From NCBI GenBank assembly GCA_040752575.1, contig JBFMGK010000056.1, forward strand, positions 1 to 12,187: DNA of 12,187 nt, read 5' to 3'. Every line of letters begins with the position of its first letter. The first letter of the stretch is position 1. The notes beneath the pieces were generated by a model. That model did not search any database. It saw nothing but the letters and a program-made list of their open reading frames with translations, and had not been told where the DNA came from. Both the position numbers and the translations under genes were made by a program. This DNA is from Candidatus Bipolaricaulota bacterium. GTDB taxonomy: Bacteria; Bipolaricaulota; Bipolaricaulia; UBA7950; UBA9294. Of this stretch, positions 6,041-12,187 are shown piece by piece.

Positions 6041-7210
6041 TTGAAAAGGCTAGTCGTCCTCGCGCTGGTCATGGTGGTCGGCTTGTCGGTCGCCAGCCTG
6101 GCTGCTGGCAAGGTCGCCGTCGTCCTCGACGTGGGTGGACGCGGAGACCTCTCGTTCAACGACATGGGATTCAAAGGGACGGATGAGGCGGCGAGGGACT
6201 TCGGTTACGAGATGGTCGAGGTCCAGAACGCCACGGGAGCGGACTATCTGCCGAACCTGCGGAACCTGTCCCGCACCGGCGACTACGACTTGATCATCTG
6301 CGTCGGCTTCCTGCTCGGCGATGCCCTCGCGGCAGCGGCGACGGAGTTCCCGAATCAGAAGTTCGCGATCATCGACGTCGGCTACATCACCGGCCCGAAC
6401 ATCATGAACTTCGTGTTCCGCGAGAACGAGGCGTCGGCCCTGATCGGCGCTCTCGCGGCGATGAGCGCGGCGCAGCATGGCTACACGGCCGCGGGCATCG
6501 TGCTTGGCATCGAGATTCCGGTCCTGTGGCACTTCGAGGCCGGTTTCCGCTACGGCATGGACTGGGGCCTGAAGGCGTACGCCGCCCATGAAGGGAGCGC
6601 GCCGGCAGTGAACCTCCTCTACACCTACACCGGAACGTTCAGCGACATCGCGCTCGGCAAGGCCGCTTCGGAGGCCATGCTGGCTCAGGGCGCCGTCGGC
6701 ATCTACAACGTCGCCGGCCCGCTGGGCGTGGGCGACCTCGAAGCCGTCACCGAAGTCCATACGAACGCTGGCACCACGAGCGGTCCCCCGTACTACTACG
6801 GCGTGGACGCGAACCAGGACTGGATGGGCATGGGCATGCACGGCATCGCCTCGGGCATGAAGCGCGTGGATCTCGCGTGCTACATGGCGGTCGAAGCTGT
6901 CGCGAAGGGCACCTTCACGCCCGGTGTCACGAGCCTCGGCCTCGCCGAGGGCGGCGGGGCGATCAGCGACGCCGAAGCCCTCCTCGACTTCATCGAGTTC
7001 GGCATTGGCGCCGGTCAGATGGCTGAAGCCGACCGCGCGACCGTGATTGCCAACTGGACGATCAACCGCGCGACCGTCGAAGGCTGGATTTGGGATGCGG
7101 TCGACCAATTGGAGGACGGGATTCTCGACGGCTCGATCGTCGTCCCGACCGCCGACACGGGCGCCGAGATCTCCGCGGTGCGTGCGCAGTACACGCTCGG
7201 CGCGCCCTAG
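6041..7210 (+). CDS. BMP/PnrA-family ABC transporter substrate-binding protein (nucleoside-type), about 389 aa
   Basis: TTG start after AAGGAGGT, signal peptide, and BMP motifs GGRGDLSFND, DLIICVGF, FAIID, FRENEASALIG, GVDANQD and SGMKRVD. Confidence 0.93.
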   Translation: MKRLVVLALVMVVGLSVASLAAGKVAVVLDVGGRGDLSFNDMGFKGTDEAARDFGYEMVEVQNATGADYLPNLRNLSRTGDYDLIICVGFLLGDALAAAATEFPNQKFAIIDVGYITGPNIMNFVFRENEASALIGALAAMSAAQHGYTAAGIVLGIEIPVLWHFEAGFRYGMDWGLKAYAAHEGSAPAVNLLYTYTGTFSDIALGKAASEAMLAQGAVGIYNVAGPLGVGDLEAVTEVHTNAGTTSGPPYYYGVDANQDWMGMGMHGIASGMKRVDLACYMAVEAVAKGTFTPGVTSLGLAEGGGAISDAEALLDFIEFGIGAGQMAEADRATVIANWTINRATVEGWIWDAVDQLEDGILDGSIVVPTADTGAEISAVRAQYTLGAP

Positions 7211-7236
7211 GCCGTTGACGGGAATCTAGAGCTGAC

Positions 7237-7272
7237 GGGGGGAGAGGGACGGCGTCCCTCTCTCCCCTCTTC
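7237..7272 (+). terminator. Intercistronic stem-loop (mRNA stabiliser or partial terminator)
   Basis: GGGGGGAGAGGGAC-GGC-GTCCCTCTCTCCCC between the binding-protein and ATPase genes, a common arrangement in ABC operons. Confidence 0.55.
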
Positions 7273-7291
7273 ATCGATCGATGGAGGTCCC

Positions 7292-8899
7292 ATGATTGAC
7301 ACGAAGCCCCATGGGGCTCCCCGGGACTCCGACTACCTGCTCCGCGCCGAGGGGATCACCAAGGTCTACTCCGACGGGACGGTCGCTCTGCGCGAAGCCA
7401 CCCTCGAGATCCACTCTCACGAAGTGGTCGGGCTTCTGGGCGAGAACGGCGCGGGCAAGACGACCCTGACCAAGATCCTGTCAGGACTTCTTCCCCCGAC
7501 CAACGGACGGGTCATCTCACCTCATGGGCCGGTGCGATTCGCCAGTCCCCGCGAGGCCCTCGACTTTGGGATCGGCATGGTGCACCAGCACTTCGCACTG
7601 GTCGGCACGTTCACCGCCGTCGAGAACGTCGCGCTGAGCCACGAGCGCCCCTTCTCGGCGCTGCGGCTCGACGGGACACGAAGGAGACTCGAGGAACTCA
7701 TGCAAGACAGCGGCCTCAAGGTGCCGCTCGACGTCCCCGTCGAAAAGCTTGCCGTGGGGGAACAGCAACGCGTCGAGATTCTCAAGGTCTTGTCACGCAA
7801 CGTCCGCCTGCTGATCCTCGACGAGCCGACCTCGGTCCTTACGCCGCTCGAAGTGAATGAGCTGTTCGCTCTCCTTCGCCGGCTGCGCGATGCCGGAACG
7901 TCGATCATCCTGATCACTCACAAACTGAAAGAGGTCCAGTCCATCACCGACCGCATCCTCGTGCTACGCCACGGCGAACTGGTGGGCGACGTGCGGACCG
8001 AAGAGGCGACGACCGAGCGCCTGGCGCAGCTCATGGTGGGCCGCACGCTCGAGGGCGCCGCGACGGCTGTCGAGTTGAGCGACGACGACGCGCCCCAAAG
8101 CGGCGCAGTGCCCCGGATAGGAGAGAAGAAAGACAGCGTGCTCCACGTTGAGGCCCTCGTCGCCAAGGGCAACACCGGAGAGATCGCGGTCGACGGGCTC
8201 TCGTTCGACGTGCACGGAGGGGAGATCTTCGGCATCGCCGGGGTCGAGGGGAACGGTCAATCGGAGCTTGTCGAGTGTTTGACGGGCCTGCGCCGATCGG
8301 TCTCCGGCGTCGCCACGATTCGCGGAACGAACATCCTCGGGAAAGACCCGCGGATCATCTACAGGCTCGGCGTCGCCCACATCCCGGAGGACCGTTGGCG
8401 ACTCGGTCTCGTGCTGCCGTTCACCTTGGCAGAGAATGCCATTCTCGGCGTCCATCGTTGGGAGGAGTTCCGGGGTCCGCTGTCGTTCTTGCGCTGGGGA
8501 AAGATCAACCGGCACGTCCGGGCTCTGATGGACCGCTTCGAGATCCAGGCGACCGGGCCGAGCGCCCCGGCGAAGAGTCTGTCGGGCGGGAACCAGCAGA
8601 AGCTGATTGTCGGACGAGAACTTGCGAAGGATCCGGCGATCGTCGTCGCATCACAGCCGACGCGAGGCTTGGATATCGGAGCGGCGAAGTACATCCGCGA
8701 TCTCCTCATCGAGATGCGCAACAACGGCCGCGCCATCCTTCTGGTTTCGGCCGATCTGGATGAGGTGCTTGCTCTGTCGGACCGGATGGCCATCATGTAC
8801 GAAGGCCAGTTCATGGCGAGCTGCGGTCCCAATGACATGAGTCGAGAGCAGATCGGCATGCTGATGGGCGGCGTCGCCTGCAAGGAGGCTGTCGGATGA
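7292..8899 (+). CDS. Nucleoside/sugar (CUT2) ABC transporter ATP-binding protein with two ABC domains
   Basis: Walker A GENGAGKT, MVHQHF, LILDEPT, GIAGVEGNGQSEL, HIPEDR, LSGGNQQK and QPTRGLD. RBS GGAGGT. Confidence 0.96.
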   Translation: MIDTKPHGAPRDSDYLLRAEGITKVYSDGTVALREATLEIHSHEVVGLLGENGAGKTTLTKILSGLLPPTNGRVISPHGPVRFASPREALDFGIGMVHQHFALVGTFTAVENVALSHERPFSALRLDGTRRRLEELMQDSGLKVPLDVPVEKLAVGEQQRVEILKVLSRNVRLLILDEPTSVLTPLEVNELFALLRRLRDAGTSIILITHKLKEVQSITDRILVLRHGELVGDVRTEEATTERLAQLMVGRTLEGAATAVELSDDDAPQSGAVPRIGEKKDSVLHVEALVAKGNTGEIAVDGLSFDVHGGEIFGIAGVEGNGQSELVECLTGLRRSVSGVATIRGTNILGKDPRIIYRLGVAHIPEDRWRLGLVLPFTLAENAILGVHRWEEFRGPLSFLRWGKINRHVRALMDRFEIQATGPSAPAKSLSGGNQQKLIVGRELAKDPAIVVASQPTRGLDIGAAKYIRDLLIEMRNNGRAILLVSADLDEVLALSDRMAIMYEGQFMASCGPNDMSREQIGMLMGGVACKEAVG

Positions 8900-10050
8900 G
8901 CGACCAAGACATCATACGGTCCACGAAGCTGCTGCGCGGCGCCCGTCGCACGCTGACCGGCCTTCACCCGGTGTTCGAGTCGTTCCTCGCCGCACTGATC
9001 GGGCTTCTGATCGGAGCCGTCTTGATGTACATCTGGGGATTCGATCCCTGGAAGGCGTACTGGGCGCTCCTCAAGGGCGCGTACGGCGGATCGTACGAAT
9101 GGGCGAGCACCTTGTCTCGCGCGACGCCGCTCATTCTGACCGCATTGACGTTTTCGGTGTGCGTACGCGCCGGGATGTTCAACATCGGCGCCGAGGGCCA
9201 GATGTTCATGGGGGCGATGGCGGCGGTCTGTGTCGCGCTGTTCAAGCTGCCGGTCGGACTGCATCTACTCGTCGGACTGATGTTCGCCGCGCTCGCCGGC
9301 GCCGCGTGGAGCATCGTCCCCTCGGTCCTCAAGGTCACACGCGGCGTTTCCGAGGTCATCTCGACGATCATGTTCAACTGGATCGCCCGATGGCTGGCGC
9401 TGTACATTGCGATCTACATCCTTGTGGATCCGTCCCGCGCCGAGAAGACGCTGTCGATTCCCGTGACGGCGCGATTTCCTATTCTGATGCGAGGAACAGA
9501 CTTCTCCTACGCCTTCTTCCTGTCGGTCTTCGTCGCTCTCGTTCTCTATTTCGTCCTGTGGCACACGACCCTGGGGTACGAGGTCCGCGCCGCCGGGCTC
9601 AACCCGACGGCCGCCAAGTACGGCGGCATCCGCAACAAGCGGACGATGATCGTCAGCTTTCTGCTCGGCGGCATCACGGCGGGCTTGGCCGGCGCGACGA
9701 TCGTCATGGGAATGCCCCCGAGCTACGCGGCCTTCGGCGGCGGCGCCTTCCCGGAACTGACGAACATCGGCTTCGATGGGATGGCCGTGGCCATGGTGGG
9801 CCGCAACCACCCCATAGGCATCCTCGTCGCGGCCGTCCTGTTCGGGGGACTCAACGCGGGCGGGCGCGTGATGCAGTTCTACGGGTCGAATCCCGTTCCC
9901 CTGGAGATGGTGCGCATCGTCATGGGCGCGATCGTTCTCGCGATGTCGATCCCCGAACTTGCCCGCCTGTTCCCGGTGGCCAAGAGGCAGGGACAGCGGC
10001 TGCTCAGTCTGTTCCGCGCGGGCTCGCCGACCAAGGAGGAAACCCCATGA
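8896..10050 (+). CDS. Nucleoside ABC transporter permease 1
   Basis: Multi-TM protein with FNIGAEGQ, EVISTIMFN and GFDGMAVAMVGRNHP. ATGA overlap with the ATPase. Confidence 0.95.
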   Translation: MSDQDIIRSTKLLRGARRTLTGLHPVFESFLAALIGLLIGAVLMYIWGFDPWKAYWALLKGAYGGSYEWASTLSRATPLILTALTFSVCVRAGMFNIGAEGQMFMGAMAAVCVALFKLPVGLHLLVGLMFAALAGAAWSIVPSVLKVTRGVSEVISTIMFNWIARWLALYIAIYILVDPSRAEKTLSIPVTARFPILMRGTDFSYAFFLSVFVALVLYFVLWHTTLGYEVRAAGLNPTAAKYGGIRNKRTMIVSFLLGGITAGLAGATIVMGMPPSYAAFGGGAFPELTNIGFDGMAVAMVGRNHPIGILVAAVLFGGLNAGGRVMQFYGSNPVPLEMVRIVMGAIVLAMSIPELARLFPVAKRQGQRLLSLFRAGSPTKEETP

Positions 10051-10940
10051 ACTGGAGCGATCTCCTCAGCCTGCTGCGCATCGCCCTTCACGCCATGGTC
10101 CCGATCACGCTGACCGCGGTCGGCGAGATCGTTACGGAGACCTCCGGGCTGTTCAACATCGGTCTTGAGGGCATCCTGCTCTTGAGCGCCTTCGCCGGTG
10201 CGATCGGCGCCGGATCCGGAGGGCCGATCGTCGGCCTGCTGGTGGGCGTCGGCGTCGGTGCGGCGATCGGCTTCCTGTTCGCCGTGATCAACGCGTACTG
10301 GAAGGGCACGCAGATGGTGACAGGAATCGGCATCAACCTCTTCGCGATGGGGCTTGTCGCATTTGGCCTCATCCAGATGGGCGCCCCGGGCTTCCACGCC
10401 GTCGCGCGCGACCTTCAGCTGGCGAAGTGGAAGACGGCGATGGGCGCGATGAGCCCGCTGATCGTCGTCGCCATCATCATGCCGATTCTCATTCACGTGT
10501 TCCTGCGCCGTACTCGCGCCGGGCTGATTCTCAAGGCCGCCGGCGAGATGCCAGAGGCCGCAGACGTCGCCGGGGTGAACGTGAACCGCGCGCGTCTTTG
10601 GGCCGCGACGTTCGGCGGGGCGCTTGCCGGACTCGCCGGCGCGTACATGAGCGTCGCCTGGATCGGCTCGGTCACCAAGGACATCTCGGCCGGGCGCGGG
10701 TTCATCGCGTTGGCGACGGTCGTGTTCAGCGGTCTCAATCCGCTTCTGGCGCTGCTCGGCGGGTTCATCTTCGGTTTCTTCCAGGGCCTGGCCGAGTGGG
10801 TGAAGACCCTCCCGTCCAAACCGATTCCGAGTCAGTTCGTATCGATGCTGCCGTACATCGTGACTCTCCTCGTCGTATCCGGCGTCATCGGTCGGGTCCG
10901 ATTCCCGAAGGCGCTTGGAGAGCCGTACAAACGCGAATAG
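10047..10940 (+). CDS. Nucleoside ABC transporter permease 2 (297 aa)
   Basis: ATG 10047 (ATGA overlap, RBS AAGGAGG). Motifs SGLFNIGLEG, AGEMPEAADVAGVNV, AGRGFIALA, MLPYIVTL and PKALGEPY. Confidence 0.95.
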   Translation: MNWSDLLSLLRIALHAMVPITLTAVGEIVTETSGLFNIGLEGILLLSAFAGAIGAGSGGPIVGLLVGVGVGAAIGFLFAVINAYWKGTQMVTGIGINLFAMGLVAFGLIQMGAPGFHAVARDLQLAKWKTAMGAMSPLIVVAIIMPILIHVFLRRTRAGLILKAAGEMPEAADVAGVNVNRARLWAATFGGALAGLAGAYMSVAWIGSVTKDISAGRGFIALATVVFSGLNPLLALLGGFIFGFFQGLAEWVKTLPSKPIPSQFVSMLPYIVTLLVVSGVIGRVRFPKALGEPYKRE

Positions 10941-10953
10941 CACGAGGATCACT

Positions 10954-10982
10954 TTGACTCCCGTGCCGGCAGATCCTATGAT
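10954..10982 (+). promoter_or_regulatory. Near-consensus sigma70 promoter for the PhnD-like gene
   Basis: TTGACT (10954-10959), 17-bp spacer, TATGAT (10977-10982). Confidence 0.7.
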
Positions 10983-11069
10983 CGCAACGTGAAAACAAGG
11001 CCGGGGACGCCGGGCGGCGAACCTCGTCGCCGGAGCCCCGCAGGTCGCAAGAGTCGCAGGAGGTGCACC

Positions 11070-12146
11070 ATGCGGAGGTTGTTGGTACTGGCGATGGTCG
11101 CCGTCTTGGCGTTTGGCGTCATCGGGTACGGCCAGGCGCTCGGGACGCGCGAGAATCCGATTCGTTGGCTCTTCGTCCCGTCCCAGGAACCGCAGTATCT
11201 CGAGGACATCGCGAAGCAGATCGCAGCCGACATCTCGGCCATCACGGGTCTGTACTTCGATGTCCGCGTCATGATCGACTACCAGGCGTTCATCGAGGAG
11301 TTCGTCGCGGCGGAAGGCGACGTCATGGGCGCGCCGACGACGCAGCAGTACATCACGATCGCCGATCGGACGAACTTCACGGCCATCCCGCGGCTTGGCT
11401 CGGTCCGCTACGGGTTCCCGTACTACTACACGGCCATCTACACCCTCCGCGAGTATGGTTTCACGTCGCTCCTGGACCTGCAGGGCAAGACGTGGGCCTA
11501 TCCCGCGGAAGGGTCGACGTCGGGCTACCGCCTTCCGAGCCAGGAGTTCGCACGTCTCGGCCTCACGTTCGGCGGAGTCCTGCCGAGCGGCGACAGCTCG
11601 CATCAGCGCGCGCTGCTCAACGTCCTCGACAAGCAGGCCGACTTCTGCACCGGCTTCTGGAACCCTGGGCGGCCTCCCGCCCATATTCTTGAGGCGATGC
11701 AGGCTCAGCCGGGCTACGTGAACTACTGGTTCGACGGCTGGGACCCCGAGCTGTGGATCTGGGACTACTGGAACCAGGCGTTCTACCCCGAGCAAATCCG
11801 CGGCACGGTCGAAGACCTGCGCGAGTCGGTCGGCGACATGTACGCGACCGGCGGGCACGCCTACGGCGACAAGTGGGCGATCGCCGAGAAGGTTCAGGTC
11901 CTTGGCCTCGTCGGCCCGATTCCGAACGACTGCTTCGCGTTCGCGCCGAACTTCCCGCAGGACCTGCAGGATCAGATCGTCGCAGCGATCAAACAGCACA
12001 TCGGGACCTCGGCCAACCCCGGCCCGGGCTGGAGCCTCTGGTCCGACACACGGTTCTACAAGTGGACTGACGTCCAGGACATCGACGACTCGGTCTACGA
12101 CGCCTACCGTCTGACGACGGGACAGCGCGTGAACCCGAACAAGTAA
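11070..12146 (+). CDS. PhnD-like (phosphate/phosphite/phosphonate family) ABC substrate-binding protein, about 358 aa
   Basis: ATG 11070 after AGGAGGT, signal peptide, and motifs FVPS, DLQGKTWAY..GSTSGYRLP, SHQRALLNVLDKQAD and PIPNDCFAF. Confidence 0.85.
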   Translation: MRRLLVLAMVAVLAFGVIGYGQALGTRENPIRWLFVPSQEPQYLEDIAKQIAADISAITGLYFDVRVMIDYQAFIEEFVAAEGDVMGAPTTQQYITIADRTNFTAIPRLGSVRYGFPYYYTAIYTLREYGFTSLLDLQGKTWAYPAEGSTSGYRLPSQEFARLGLTFGGVLPSGDSSHQRALLNVLDKQADFCTGFWNPGRPPAHILEAMQAQPGYVNYWFDGWDPELWIWDYWNQAFYPEQIRGTVEDLRESVGDMYATGGHAYGDKWAIAEKVQVLGLVGPIPNDCFAFAPNFPQDLQDQIVAAIKQHIGTSANPGPGWSLWSDTRFYKWTDVQDIDDSVYDAYRLTTGQRVNPNK

Positions 12147-12187
12147 TCGCAACCTGCCGAGGAGGGCCGGCGGGCGCCAGCGGCGGC

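Noticed and set aside
5017..6186. Plus-strand ORFs 5017-6186 and 5154-5981
   Set aside because: Arg/Pro-rich shadow frames of the minus-strand gene that also overlap the BMP gene or its promoter.
9099..10046. 613-aa ORF suggesting a long N-terminal extension of permease 2
   Set aside because: It is an off-frame overlap of permease 1. The real start is ATG 10047, with an RBS and ATGA coupling.
9879..12152. 757-aa minus-strand ORF (and other long antisense ORFs such as 6050-7108)
   Set aside because: These are antisense shadows of well-supported genes, caused by GC-rich codon bias, with no recognisable domain.

Overview
GC-rich bacterial window. The left end (1-624) is the distal part of a type I-E-like CRISPR array: a 29-bp repeat GTGGTCCCCACACCCGTGGGGATGAACCG, 10 full copies plus 1 partial, and 10 unique 32-33 bp spacers, with no cas genes in view. 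A minus-strand tRNA-Leu(CAG) lies at 1251-1336. Between the array and the tRNA is the most unusual feature, a ~590-bp non-coding tandem array (662-1250) of three 159-219 bp units. Each unit is bounded by a copy of the tRNA's 3' end and built from a terminator-like hairpin plus one or two two-hairpin modules (five in all) containing GAGTTCGC-N12/13-GCGAACTC. Only the most distal tRNA-end copy carries CCA, which suggests serial integration of tiny non-autonomous cassettes at the tRNA. The rest of the window holds an atypical Crp/Fnr regulator, a membrane PAS-PAS histidine kinase with an Rcp1-type receiver, a highly structured ~250-nt intergenic segment (candidate ncRNA), a secreted hypothetical protein, a BMP/Nup-type nucleoside ABC operon and a PhnD-like solute-binding protein. 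All calls come from reading the sequence; no searches or folding programs were run.
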